A stretch of DNA of 34,238 bases from Bacillales bacterium UBA1719 (GCA_002317145.1 DCIT01000030.1:3580-37817); one strand, 5' to 3'; positions 1 through 9,904 are shown, counted from the first letter of the stretch. The notes: generated from the letters alone by a model not told the origin. Numbers and translations are program-made.

Positions 1-188
1 TCTAATCCTTTCTCTTTTAATTTAGTAATGAAGGAGTCTCTAATTTGTTGAGATTCATTTGATAAACAACCAGTACCACCACAGATGACTACTGCTCTTT
101 TACCATCTTCACCTTTGAATTTAGCTTGGAGACATTTCTCACAATGAGCGATTTGCTCTTTTAATTGTTCACTTGTTTTAATTTTCAT
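1..188 (-). CDS. 5' part of a NuoF/HydB-like flavoprotein subunit (N-terminal thioredoxin-like 2Fe-2S domain); the gene continues beyond the window
   Basis: Hand translation from the ATG at 188: MKIKTSEQLKEQIAHCEKCLQAKFKGEDGKRAVVICGGTGCLSNESQQIRDSF... The cysteine pattern matches the N-terminus of NADH-dependent hydrogenase / NuoF-like beta subunits. It starts 2 nt after the stop of the NuoE-like gene. Confidence 0.6.
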   Translation of the reverse strand, partial: MKIKTSEQLKEQIAHCEKCLQAKFKGEDGKRAVVICGGTGCLSNESQQIRDSFITKLKEKGL

Positions 189-190
189 AA

Positions 191-676
191 TTATGCCACC
201 TTACCTTCTTGGTATTCTTTTAATATTGTAGGAATATCACTTACTTTAAGTTTAGGGAAGACTTTATCATTAATCTTCATAGTAGGTGCAATAGCACATG
301 CGCCTATGCAGCGAAGAGCATCGACAGTAAATAAACCATCTGGAGTTGTATCTCCAGCTTTCTTTAGTTTAAGAACTTCTAATACTTTATCAATAATTGC
401 TTGTGAGCCTTTAACATAACAAGCAGTACCTAGACAAACACCAACAACATATTTTCCTTTAGGTGTTAATGAGAAGAATGAATAGAAAGTAACCACGCCA
501 TAAATCTCAGCGACTGGTAATCCTATTTGTTCAGATATTATCTCTTGTACTTCAAGAGGGATATAACCAAATTCCTTTTGGATGTCAGATAAGATCATCA
601 TTAAAGGAGTTGGCTCTTTTTTGTAAAGATTGCATATCTCAATAATGCGTTCTTTAGCTATATTTTGTAGTGCCAT
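191..676 (-). CDS. NuoE/HndA-family thioredoxin-like [2Fe-2S] ferredoxin (NADH dehydrogenase 24 kDa-type subunit of a hydrogenase or dehydrogenase flavoprotein module)
   Basis: 161-aa ORF with CLGTAC...C and CIGAC cysteine motifs and a typical NuoE N-terminus (II..Y....P.LM.IL...Q..FGYIP). SD GGAGG lies upstream. Confidence 0.85.
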   Translation of the reverse strand: MALQNIAKERIIEICNLYKKEPTPLMMILSDIQKEFGYIPLEVQEIISEQIGLPVAEIYGVVTFYSFFSLTPKGKYVVGVCLGTACYVKGSQAIIDKVLEVLKLKKAGDTTPDGLFTVDALRCIGACAIAPTMKINDKVFPKLKVSDIPTILKEYQEGKVA

Positions 677-761
677 TATTTAGCCTCCATAATTTATTTG
701 CCTTATTATTATATAATAAAAACTAGTTAAAACAATGTTTTTGCTTATATTTTTACTTAAT

Positions 762-2819
762 TTATTGCTTTTCGTTAAGAACTAAAAGATGCTTCGCTAA
801 ATCTTGTGGAGTTGTTAATTCATCAGTATCAAAACCACATTTATCTTTTTGTGTTGTTCCAGTTATTATATTATTTGAAGAATTCAAGGTATAAGGTGAA
901 GATTGACTTATATCAGGTTCTGAACATCCAACATAACAACAGTTTTCAAGTACATTGTCATTAATATTAATTGTCGCGCCATTAATACATGTCTCATGGA
1001 CTAAGAAGCAGTTTGAATTGCAATTATTAAATGTATTATTTTTTACATCGAAAACCGTTTTGTTAGAAGAACCAGAGAATTGGAGCGCGCCAACTCCACA
1101 TTTTTCACTTTTACCAACATTCAAATCTATAAATGTGTTGTTCTCTACTAATACGTTACCAGCAGATTTAGCGTTTAATTGAACACCACGTTTATAATTT
1201 TTAACAACGTTATTAGTAAATTTAACAGTGTCATCATTTATAATATCTGATCCAACATAATATAAACCATATTTTTGGGAAGAAGACTTTCCATCAAATA
1301 CACAGTTATTAATGGTTATATCTAACTTACCACCTTCAATATACATTCTGTTTTGAATATTACAATGTTCAAAATCTAATTTATTTGTATATGATACTTC
1401 AGAAGAACCGTTAGAAATATAATTTCCACTATTAACTGACCTATCATCGATATCAATATTTTTAAATGTATAAGAATTAACAATATCTGTTCTAGAACTA
1501 TTCTTTATATTCATTGTTAATTGCTCAGTTTGACGTAAATTGTTAGCATTTAACTTTAATGATGGTTTATTATCTGTAACACCAACCATTTTTATATCGG
1601 TAATGAATAAGTTATCATTCTCACCAATGCCACATGATTTTCTACCAAAACTATAAAAATATCTTGTATCGTTAACACCATAAGGAATCTCTAATTGTTC
1701 ACCATCTTTGGTATATAATTCCCAAGTTAAAGTTGCATATTCATTGCCTTGTTCGTCTACTCTAATATCGGTAAATGTATTATCAAAAACTTCTTTAGTG
1801 CATTTGCCGTGTGCAAGATCGTTATCACTAACTGTTTTCATAATTGCAAGCCCAGCATCAAAAGCTTTTTGCATAGTTGAATAATGATTTGCCATTCCAT
1901 TAATACCACGGACAATAACACCAGTTTCAGAAGCGATCCAATGAGCTTTTAATGAAACATCTTCGTTAATCAATGTATCAAAACTAAATTCTTCATCTTT
2001 ATCTTCAAGTGACCAATATTTTAATGAACATAAATCTTTTATAGGATCAGTAGGTTTACTAACTTTATTATTCTTTTTAACTTCTACTACTTGTTTATCT
2101 TCTCCGTTATTCGGATCAAATGTAACAGTATATTTTCTATCCTCAACTTCCATTTCGATAGAGATAGGACCTAATACTTTTTTAATATATAAGTCAGCCT
2201 TATCTTTACTAATTAATGTATAGGTGTAATAGTTTTCTGGTTCAGTTTCATTAACTTTAATATTTGAATTTAAAGTTGGTTTAACATATTCAGGTAATAT
2301 AACATCACCAGTTTTAACAACTTTTAATTTCTTTGGTAATTGTTTTGTTTCTCTTGCTTCTTCTTTTAAAGTAAATTCTGTTTGTAAAGGTTTACCAACT
2401 TCTACTTTATCTCCAAAATCAATATCAACATATTTCTTAACTTCTTCAGGTACTATTACATTATTACCTTTCCAAACAGTAACCGCTAAAACAGGGAATA
2501 TAACAGCAGAGCTAACTGCGGCACATACTAAAACACTAGTAACAATCTGAGTAGAGACTTTTAAGTTTCTAAACCATGTAAAACTAGGTTTCTTAGGAAC
2601 TTCATAGTAGGTATTATCAATTAACCACCATAGACGATTACGTAATAAATAATCATCATAAACATAATCTTTTTTAGAATATTCATAATGATAATGGCCG
2701 TGACTTAAATCATAGCTTCTAACTTCTTCTTTAGTATAGCTACGTAATTTCTTTCTATTTCTATACTCTTTTTGATATTCTGCAAGAGTATGATTACAAA
2801 AAACTATCCCCTTAGACAT
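762..2819 (-). CDS. Signal-anchored surface protein: conserved about 86-aa cytoplasmic N-domain, one TM helix, a Listeria-Bacteroides (Flg_new) repeat, and a C-terminal Asn-rich beta-helix-like region
   Basis: 685-aa ORF. The N-terminus is paralogous to the next gene. TM segment VTSVLVCAAVSSAVIFPVLAV. YTVTFDPNNGEDKQ...YWSLEDKDEEFSFDTLINEDVSLKAHW fits the Flg_new repeat. Cys/Asn-rich repeats (NNxF.NC) occur in the C-terminal third. Confidence 0.8.
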   Translation of the reverse strand: MSKGIVFCNHTLAEYQKEYRNRKKLRSYTKEEVRSYDLSHGHYHYEYSKKDYVYDDYLLRNRLWWLIDNTYYEVPKKPSFTWFRNLKVSTQIVTSVLVCAAVSSAVIFPVLAVTVWKGNNVIVPEEVKKYVDIDFGDKVEVGKPLQTEFTLKEEARETKQLPKKLKVVKTGDVILPEYVKPTLNSNIKVNETEPENYYTYTLISKDKADLYIKKVLGPISIEMEVEDRKYTVTFDPNNGEDKQVVEVKKNNKVSKPTDPIKDLCSLKYWSLEDKDEEFSFDTLINEDVSLKAHWIASETGVIVRGINGMANHYSTMQKAFDAGLAIMKTVSDNDLAHGKCTKEVFDNTFTDIRVDEQGNEYATLTWELYTKDGEQLEIPYGVNDTRYFYSFGRKSCGIGENDNLFITDIKMVGVTDNKPSLKLNANNLRQTEQLTMNIKNSSRTDIVNSYTFKNIDIDDRSVNSGNYISNGSSEVSYTNKLDFEHCNIQNRMYIEGGKLDITINNCVFDGKSSSQKYGLYYVGSDIINDDTVKFTNNVVKNYKRGVQLNAKSAGNVLVENNTFIDLNVGKSEKCGVGALQFSGSSNKTVFDVKNNTFNNCNSNCFLVHETCINGATININDNVLENCCYVGCSEPDISQSSPYTLNSSNNIITGTTQKDKCGFDTDELTTPQDLAKHLLVLNEKQ
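2565..2819 (-). repeat. 5' cassette copy A shared with 5869..6123 (encodes the cytoplasmic His/Tyr-rich domain)
   Basis: Hand alignment to 5869..6123 is gap-free, with about 34 mismatches in 255 nt. Similarity collapses immediately downstream in the TM segment and ectodomain. Confidence 0.9.
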
Positions 2820-2874
2820 ATATTGTTTTCCTAATATATTATAGTATGTATTTTTTTTAAAAAAACGATATTAA

Positions 2875-5800
2875 TTAGAATTCTTGGACTGTATATACTC
2901 CACCCCAAGCTAAATTATTCCAATCATCACCAAATTTTTCTGATGTAAAAATAGCTGGGTTCTTTCCGCCTAAATCTTGTGTTTGATGATAGAAAACACC
3001 AGTGCCACTATGTGACCCTGGATGAGCACCATTCATTAAGCCGTTACAATCGATAGCACTACCAGCATAGTTGTACATGTCAAAATGTCCTTCACTATAT
3101 TGGAGCAATAAATAGTGTGCATTTTCAGTAGATGTGCATCTAATAGTACCATAATTATGAATAGTTAAATTACATGTACCCGTTGAACTAGTAATAGACA
3201 TACAATGTCTTTGACTAGAAGACACTAAACCATTATTAATAAATTCTTTTGTCACAGTTCCTTCAAAATTATCAATATTGAGTCCGCCAATTGTGCCATT
3301 ATTAGTGCATTTAGTTGATAAACCATTTAAATCAATTCCGTTAGTTATAGTTCCGTTATTTATAACTGAACTACCTTCACCTTTAATAGTTAAATGGCTA
3401 ATAGTCGCACCTTCAGCAACAGTGACAACAGTATTTTTAGAATTAATAGTAATATAAGCATTTGGAGCGTTGCTTAATGTAACATCTCCCATCGGTGCTT
3501 CAATATCTAAAGAAACAATATTACTAGGATTAGTAAATGTCTCAAATAATTTTGTGTCGGATTTAATAGTTAAATGACTTACTTCCGTAGCAATGTTATA
3601 TGTTCCAGGATTATTTACTTTAACATTATTGAATTCGCATATATGAGTTTTATATATTGAAGAAGTAAGGCCATCGAATAATTCATTTGTAGTAGCAAAT
3701 TCAACATTAGACATTTTTAAATCTTGCATATCAGCTGCAATTGTTGAAGCTCTACCTCCATCTGCTATTATTTTTCCGTTATTGACACAATTTTTAACTT
3801 CTTGAGTAAAATGAGAAGAGTTCGCTTCACCAGCGATAATTCCGGATTTAAATTTAGCCTTACCAATCAAATCTCCATTATTAATGCAATTAACAAATTC
3901 GCCTCTTCCTAAAGAACAGATTCCTGCCATATCATCAACCGTTTCTGCAGCATTATTAATTACTTGACCATTATTTGTTGTGTTTGCAATTAATTCAAGA
4001 CCTTGATGACCATAACCAACAATACCTGCTATATATTGAGGGCGTTTAGCTCCACCATCTGGATTTGTAGTTACTATTCCATTATTTACACATCCAATAA
4101 TACTTAAACTTTTATCAGTATCGCCACCATTTGTATAACCGCATAATCCACCTGCGCCGCCTACACCTGGACTTTCATTATTTAAACAAATAATTTTTGC
4201 GTTATTTGTTGTATTAACAATCGCTTGCCCAGAAGAACAGTCACCAATTCTACTTTGTGTATATCCAGATATACCGCCTACATGATAAACATCGCTTGTA
4301 ACAGTAACATCTGATCCAGTAGAGCAATTAATCATTGCACAACAAGATAAATCTCCTGCAAAGCCACCAACAGCTTTATATCCTTTTACAGTTCCTGATA
4401 AGAAATGAACATTTTCTATTCTTACAGCAAAAGCGGTTCCAGCAAGAGCTCCAACTTGCTTTTTCTTTGCAGATGCTTCTATCTCAAAATTTGAATTAGC
4501 AATATTTAAATTTTTAACAACACATGTGTATTTATCTTCAGTGATATTATCTTCATAGAACGCATTATCTTTCCAAACATGCGTTTTATTTTCAAAATTA
4601 AGGTTTTCCGTGCCTTCAATAACACCAAATAATCCGCAATTCGCTGTAGTTTGCTTGCAATTAATATTAGATATTGTCGAGTTACATCCATCAACATATC
4701 CTTTAAACTTATATGTTGAGTTACCAATTGGAGTAAAGTTTGGGGTATCGCTTAAATCAATATTTTTAGTAATTCTATAATATTTATCGGCATAAGAGGC
4801 AGCAGTTGTTTCGTTATTTACTTTACTTGAAAGATCATTTAAAGAAGCGGATGTTGAAATAGAAAACGGAGATTCTTTAGTTCCAAATCCGCCATTAAAG
4901 TCTCTTGTTTCTGGAATCGCTTCTTCTTTCTTCTTTACAATTGTTTGATCAGCAGATTCACTAGTAATATCTTCAACTGTTTCGGTAACATTATTAGTCT
5001 TAGCTACAGTACCAACATAAGAATCTTCTTTAGCATTAATCTTTACACCATCGATTTCAACAATAATCGAATTGATTTTAGCTTCAGGTTCAACAACTAG
5101 TTTTGCTTTACTTTTAACAACAACTTCGCCATCAACACTTCCGTGTTCATTATATGTTCCTTCAAAACTGTCAACGCTTAAAGAAGTAGCGACACCATAG
5201 TGATGTATATCCGTAACTGAACCTTTAATGTCTAAATCATTTCTATTTGTTACAACAACTGGTTTAAAATCGTTGCTAGTTTCAGCCTTTTCAAACTTTA
5301 ACTTATATTGCTTGTTGTATCCAACATCTAAGCTTGTATTAAATATTAATTCGTCCTTGTCATCATTAGCAAATTTAAAAACATTCTTCGCATTTAAATT
5401 ATTTATATTTTTGTTAATGGTTTTTTCTTTAATATAAGTTCCATAAACATTTGATGGATCGCTAATACTCTTGTCTAATACGTAATTATCAGAAAATTTA
5501 AAGACAGAACTTTTGTATTTAAATTCTTTTGCGGTATATGCAACAGATCCGTCTTTATTTAAAAGAACAAATTCACGATTTTCAGTATCGAATGCATACT
5601 CTTTATTTTGATCTTGAGTTTTTTGTTCTTCTAAATTAATCCCTTTGCTAGTCTTTATAAATTCAACAGCATCAAACAATGTTTTGATATTTGTTTCTTT
5701 AGCAATCAAATTATTTAATTCTGTAACATAAGTTACATCAGGATCTATTGGGGTTGGGCCTGGTTGAGGGCCTGGTTTTGGGAGATTTAAAACAATCGCG

Positions 5801-6123
5801 GCAGTAACACTACCAGCAATAATTCCAACACCTAAAATACAAGTTCCAATTTGAACTCCAGCATGCAAGTTTCTAAACCAAGCATAACTAGGTTTCTTGG
5901 GAACTTCATAGTAAGTATTATCGATTAACCACCATAAACGATCATGCAATAAATAGTCGTCATAAACATAGTCATGTTTAGAGTATTCATAGTGATAATG
6001 GCCATGGCTTAAATCATAGCTTCTAACTTCTTCTTTAGTATAGCTAAGTAGTTTCTTTCTATTTTTATACTCTTTTTGATATTCAGTAAGAGTATGATTT
6101 TTAAAAACGCTTCCTCTTGCCAT
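2875..6123 (-). CDS. Giant signal-anchored surface protein: the same conserved cytoplasmic N-domain, a TM helix, a Pro-rich linker, GLUG-like repeats, and an NNG-repeat beta-helix
   Basis: 1082-aa ORF. TM IGTCILGVGIIAGSVTAAIVL is followed by PKPGPQPGPTP. Repeated G-L/F/I-x-G motifs (CGLFGVIEG, VGALAGTA, VGGFAGDL, VGGISGYT, GGLCGYT, IAGIVGYG) resemble the GLUG motif. C.NNG..I periodic repeats are also present. Confidence 0.8.
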   Translation of the reverse strand: MARGSVFKNHTLTEYQKEYKNRKKLLSYTKEEVRSYDLSHGHYHYEYSKHDYVYDDYLLHDRLWWLIDNTYYEVPKKPSYAWFRNLHAGVQIGTCILGVGIIAGSVTAAIVLNLPKPGPQPGPTPIDPDVTYVTELNNLIAKETNIKTLFDAVEFIKTSKGINLEEQKTQDQNKEYAFDTENREFVLLNKDGSVAYTAKEFKYKSSVFKFSDNYVLDKSISDPSNVYGTYIKEKTINKNINNLNAKNVFKFANDDKDELIFNTSLDVGYNKQYKLKFEKAETSNDFKPVVVTNRNDLDIKGSVTDIHHYGVATSLSVDSFEGTYNEHGSVDGEVVVKSKAKLVVEPEAKINSIIVEIDGVKINAKEDSYVGTVAKTNNVTETVEDITSESADQTIVKKKEEAIPETRDFNGGFGTKESPFSISTSASLNDLSSKVNNETTAASYADKYYRITKNIDLSDTPNFTPIGNSTYKFKGYVDGCNSTISNINCKQTTANCGLFGVIEGTENLNFENKTHVWKDNAFYEDNITEDKYTCVVKNLNIANSNFEIEASAKKKQVGALAGTAFAVRIENVHFLSGTVKGYKAVGGFAGDLSCCAMINCSTGSDVTVTSDVYHVGGISGYTQSRIGDCSSGQAIVNTTNNAKIICLNNESPGVGGAGGLCGYTNGGDTDKSLSIIGCVNNGIVTTNPDGGAKRPQYIAGIVGYGHQGLELIANTTNNGQVINNAAETVDDMAGICSLGRGEFVNCINNGDLIGKAKFKSGIIAGEANSSHFTQEVKNCVNNGKIIADGGRASTIAADMQDLKMSNVEFATTNELFDGLTSSIYKTHICEFNNVKVNNPGTYNIATEVSHLTIKSDTKLFETFTNPSNIVSLDIEAPMGDVTLSNAPNAYITINSKNTVVTVAEGATISHLTIKGEGSSVINNGTITNGIDLNGLSTKCTNNGTIGGLNIDNFEGTVTKEFINNGLVSSSQRHCMSITSSTGTCNLTIHNYGTIRCTSTENAHYLLLQYSEGHFDMYNYAGSAIDCNGLMNGAHPGSHSGTGVFYHQTQDLGGKNPAIFTSEKFGDDWNNLAWGGVYTVQEF
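5869..6123 (-). repeat. 5' cassette copy B shared with 2565..2819
   Basis: See copy A. About 74 of the first 86 residues are identical between the two proteins. Confidence 0.9.
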
Positions 6124-6198
6124 ATAAATTGTATTTATATTTTAATATCAAAAAATTGATTTGTTAAATTATTTTATTTATACACTTGTATTTAAAAT

Positions 6199-7803
6199 TT
6201 ATTCAACACCAACGATGAAGGAGTAAACAGGTTGTTTGCCTTTCACAACATTTATTTGAACTGATGGATATTGTTTAATAATATTTTCATCAATATATTT
6301 AAGTTCATCTTTCTTAACATCTTCACCACAAATAAGAGTAACTAATTGAGAATCTTTCTTAATCATACTTGCTAATAAGTTATTTAAAGCTTCTAATTTT
6401 TCTTTAACACAGGTGACAATGGTCTTGTCACGGATTCCCATATAGTAATCCTTAATAACATGAACACCTTCTATATCAGTATCTTTAATGGAATAAGTAA
6501 CTGATCCAGAATTAACACTCTTTAAAGCAGCCTTCATGTTATTAGTGTTAGTTTGAACATCTTCATTAGGTGAGAATACCATAATAGAATTTATTCCTTG
6601 AGGGATGGTCTTAGATGGGATAACACGAACATCAATATCTTCTTCTATAACTTCACATGCTTGGTTAGCGGCCATAACGATATTACTATTATTAGGTAAT
6701 ATAAATACGTTACGGGCGTTACAACTCTTAATAGCATCAATAAAGTCTTGAATAGATGGATTCATTGTTTGTCCACCACTAACAATAACATCAGCTCCAA
6801 CTTCTTTAAATAATTGATCTAAACCTTCTCCACAGCTAACAGCGATAATGGCATTTTCTTTTTTAGGTGAGTTAGCGTTTATCTTTTTTCTTTCTTCTAA
6901 GTTCGTAGGTAATATTTGAATATCAGTAAATTCACCAAACTGTTGTAAGTAAGAAAGAATTACACCTGGATGTGGTAATTCCATTTTAATATTCATCTTG
7001 TCATCTTTTAATGGAGTGTAACTTAAATCACGTCCATGATGTAAGGCAAAATCTTTAAAATGTTTTTCAATAAATTGTTTCTTACTTCCATCAGTAATGG
7101 CGTAGAAATTAACAGATAAACGATATGATATTTGTTTCTTACTTTCTTTTTCCGCGACAACTTGTTGACCTTCACTAGATTTAGAGACAAACTCTCCTCT
7201 CAAGGCTTTATCCATTCCTTCTAAGATAGTGACTAAACCCGCGCCACCAGAGTCGACAACTCCAACTTCTTTTAAAACTGGTAATAATTCTGGAGTTCTA
7301 CTTAAACTTGCTCTTGCTTCATCGACTAGGATTTTAAAACAATCTTCAATCGACATATCATCATTACCTAGTCGATGAAGAGTTTCACTAGCCTCTCTAA
7401 TTACAGTTAATATTGTTCCTTCAACAGGACGCATGACAGCTTTATAAGATGCTTCTTTACCTTCTAAGAAAGCAATAGATAAATCATATGGATATATCTC
7501 ATGTTTTCCTTCTAAAGCTTTAGCGAATCCTCTAAAGATTTGTGAGGTGATAACTCCTGAGTTACCACGTGCTCCCATTAATAATCCTCTAGAGAATGCT
7601 TTAGCGATTATTCCTACATCTTCTTCACCTTTGTTATATATTTCTTTTGCTCCAGATGACATGGTTAAATTCATGTTCATACCAGTATCACCATCAGGGA
7701 CTGGGAAAACGTTAAGAGCATCTATTTCTGGGTAATGGTTAAAAAGATTATTAGATGCGCTAATAAACATGTTCTTTAACAATTGACCGGATATTGATTT
7801 CAT
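6199..7803 (-). CDS. fakA: DAK2 domain protein (YloV/FakA-like fatty acid kinase ATP-binding subunit)
   Basis: 534 aa. N-terminal DhaL/DAK2 signature with DGDTGMNM, plus a C-terminal DegV-like region. The conserved pairing with an upstream Asp23 gene (yloU-yloV arrangement) is present. Confidence 0.85.
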   Translation of the reverse strand: MKSISGQLLKNMFISASNNLFNHYPEIDALNVFPVPDGDTGMNMNLTMSSGAKEIYNKGEEDVGIIAKAFSRGLLMGARGNSGVITSQIFRGFAKALEGKHEIYPYDLSIAFLEGKEASYKAVMRPVEGTILTVIREASETLHRLGNDDMSIEDCFKILVDEARASLSRTPELLPVLKEVGVVDSGGAGLVTILEGMDKALRGEFVSKSSEGQQVVAEKESKKQISYRLSVNFYAITDGSKKQFIEKHFKDFALHHGRDLSYTPLKDDKMNIKMELPHPGVILSYLQQFGEFTDIQILPTNLEERKKINANSPKKENAIIAVSCGEGLDQLFKEVGADVIVSGGQTMNPSIQDFIDAIKSCNARNVFILPNNSNIVMAANQACEVIEEDIDVRVIPSKTIPQGINSIMVFSPNEDVQTNTNNMKAALKSVNSGSVTYSIKDTDIEGVHVIKDYYMGIRDKTIVTCVKEKLEALNNLLASMIKKDSQLVTLICGEDVKKDELKYIDENIIKQYPSVQINVVKGKQPVYSFIVGVE

Positions 7804-7808
7804 AATAA

Positions 7809-8213
7809 TTAATTAATTTCTTTTACACCTTGAACGTAGATATTAACTTTGTTAAATACGATAGAGAATGTTTTTTCTAAGACGTATTTAACTTTCTTTT
7901 GAACTTCACTGACAACTTCAGTTATCTTAGTATCAGCGGAGACAACAATGTATAAGTTAATAATATATTCACCTTTTTTATTTTTTTCGCAGTTAATGCC
8001 TTCTTGGAAGTTTTTCTTTCCTAGTAATTCATCAACTTTAAAAGATATCGTATTCTTAGATCCAAGTCCAACAACGCCATAGCATTCAATAGCGGCACTA
8101 CCAGCAACGCTAGCTATAGCTTGAACAGAAATATCTATGCCTCCTAATGGAGAGACTTTATTTATATTCATACGACTAGAAGTTAATATATCATAAATAG
8201 CAAATATAATCAA
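7809..8213 (-). CDS. Asp23/Gls24-family alkaline shock protein (YloU-like). The true start is probably the ATG at 8171 (MNINKVSPLGG...)
   Basis: Family-typical ISVQAIASVAGSAAIECYGVVGL motif. The 14 N-terminal residues of the maximal ORF look like an over-extension. Confidence 0.8.
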   Translation of the reverse strand: MIIFAIYDILTSSRMNINKVSPLGGIDISVQAIASVAGSAAIECYGVVGLGSKNTISFKVDELLGKKNFQEGINCEKNKKGEYIINLYIVVSADTKITEVVSEVQKKVKYVLEKTFSIVFNKVNIYVQGVKEIN

Positions 8214-8275
8214 AGATATAAAAAGTAAACTTTTTAGTTGCCTAAATAGATAAAAAGTAAGTAAAATAACTAGGT

Positions 8276-9712
8276 ATGTCAGAATGGTTTGAACTAAAAG
8301 AGGCTGAATTTAACACAGCTTTAACCACACGCGATGTTAATAAGATGCGTGATCTTTTTAATACTGTTCCGACCGTTGACTTAGCGGAATTCGCAGATAA
8401 TGTTAAAGATCCATCAACATTAACTTTTATCTTTAAAGTAGTGAAATCTGAATTAACTGCAGATTTCTTTACTGAGTTAAATGATGAGACTCAAGAGAAG
8501 TTACTTAGAGTCTTCTCTGATGATCAATTAGTCGAACTTATTAATAAATCTTATACCGATGATATTGTTGACGTACTTGAAGATATGCCTGCAAACTTAG
8601 TTAATAGAGCGCTTAAGTTTATCCCTAAAGAAAAAAGAGAGTCTGTTAATAAATTATTAAACTTTAAAGAAGATACCGCCAGTAGCATCATGACTACTGA
8701 GTACTTTGAACTTAATGGTGAGACTACTGTTGAAGATGCCATGAAGCAAATAAGAGAGAAAGGCAAACAAGCTGAAACTATTTATACCGTCTTCCTTAGA
8801 GATGAAAAGAGAAATTTAACTGGCACTGTTGACCTTGATGATTTAATCTTTGCTGATCCAAAGCAAACATTAAATCAAATCAAGAATAAAGAATTTATTT
8901 ATACCAAAGTTGGTACTGACCAAGAAGAGGTTGCAAGAATATTTAAGAAATATGACTTAAATGCTTTAGCGGTTGTTAATAACGAACATAAGTTAGTTGG
9001 TGTTATCACTGTTGACGATATCATGGACGTTATGGAAAAGGAGTCTAGTGAAGATATTGCGCGTTTAAATAAAGTTGCGGATATGGAAACTCCATACTTA
9101 GAAACTAAAATTAGTAAATTAGTAATTAAGTGTGTACCTTGGATTATTATTTTAATGATTCTTCAATTATTCTCTACGATGATTTTATCTAGTTTCCAGG
9201 TTGTTATTGCTCAAGTAGCAGTACTTAGTGTCTTCACTCCATTACTTATGGATGCTGGTGGTAATTCTGGTGGACAAACTACTACTATTATTGTTAGATC
9301 ATTAGCCTTAGGTGAGTTTGATAAAAAAGATATTAAGAAAGTAATTTGGAAAGAGTTTAGAGTGGCAGTTTGTATCGCAGGTATTGTTGCAATATTTGCC
9401 TTTGGTTGGATTATGTTTGAGATTGCAGTTGGCATTGTTAAATTTGAAAAAGTTGGAACATATCACGATTGGACATGGACTGGTAAAACTTTAATATCTC
9501 TATTAGTTGCATCTACTTTATTTGTAACAATGATTGTTTCAAGAATGGTTGGTTGCTTACTACCATTTGGGGCAAAATTAATTAAACAAGATCCAGCGGT
9601 TCTTTGTGGCCCTATCACTACAACAATAGTTGATATAGTTACTTTATTAACTTATTTCTTACTATGGCAATATGCCTTTTCGCCTATATTAGAGAGAATT
9701 GCTACTTTATAA
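8276..9712 (+). CDS. mgtE: Magnesium transporter MgtE
   Basis: 478 aa with an N-domain, tandem CBS domains (LNALAVVNNEHKLVGVITVDDIMDV) and a C-terminal 5-TM domain containing PLLMDAGGNSGGQ. Confidence 0.93.
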   Translation: MSEWFELKEAEFNTALTTRDVNKMRDLFNTVPTVDLAEFADNVKDPSTLTFIFKVVKSELTADFFTELNDETQEKLLRVFSDDQLVELINKSYTDDIVDVLEDMPANLVNRALKFIPKEKRESVNKLLNFKEDTASSIMTTEYFELNGETTVEDAMKQIREKGKQAETIYTVFLRDEKRNLTGTVDLDDLIFADPKQTLNQIKNKEFIYTKVGTDQEEVARIFKKYDLNALAVVNNEHKLVGVITVDDIMDVMEKESSEDIARLNKVADMETPYLETKISKLVIKCVPWIIILMILQLFSTMILSSFQVVIAQVAVLSVFTPLLMDAGGNSGGQTTTIIVRSLALGEFDKKDIKKVIWKEFRVAVCIAGIVAIFAFGWIMFEIAVGIVKFEKVGTYHDWTWTGKTLISLLVASTLFVTMIVSRMVGCLLPFGAKLIKQDPAVLCGPITTTIVDIVTLLTYFLLWQYAFSPILERIATL

Positions 9713-9801
9713 ATTTTGAAGAGCGAGCCTATGCTTCGCCCAAAGCTTTTCTATCCACTACTCACTAAACTGTGATATACTATAAACATCTTTTTGATGA
9801 A

Positions 9802-9825
9802 GGACTGCATAGGCAGCCCTTTTTA
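9802..9825 (+). terminator. Rho-independent terminator, probably for mgtE
   Basis: GGACTGC-ATAG-GCAGCCC stem (one mismatch) followed by TTTTTATT. It abuts the stop codon of the convergent small ORF. Confidence 0.6.
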
Positions 9826-9888
9826 TTACCTAACCACTAGGATCAGAATAACTATCACCAAAAGTATGATTAGTACTTCGGCAAACAT
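9826..9888 (-). CDS. Candidate 20-aa hydrophobic peptide (MFAEVLIILLVIVILILVVR)
   Basis: AAGGAGGA lies 5 nt upstream of the ATG at 9888. The peptide is a single uninterrupted hydrophobic helix ending in Arg. The local region is visibly more GC-rich than other intergenic DNA. The six-frame track missed it because it is too short. Confidence 0.45.
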   Translation of the reverse strand: MFAEVLIILLVIVILILVVR

Positions 9889-9904
9889 TACCGTCCTCCT
9901 TTTC

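Noticed and set aside
8214-8275. M-box (Mg) riboswitch upstream of mgtE
   Set aside because: The spacer is only 62 nt, which is far too short for the roughly 160-nt M-box aptamer. No conserved M-box helices are seen.
9772-9825. Plus-strand extended -10 (TGATATACT) just upstream of the mgtE terminator, as a possible antisense antitoxin RNA promoter
   Set aside because: The resulting RNA would be only about 40 nt, would end at the terminator, and would not overlap either small ORF. No -35 is evident.
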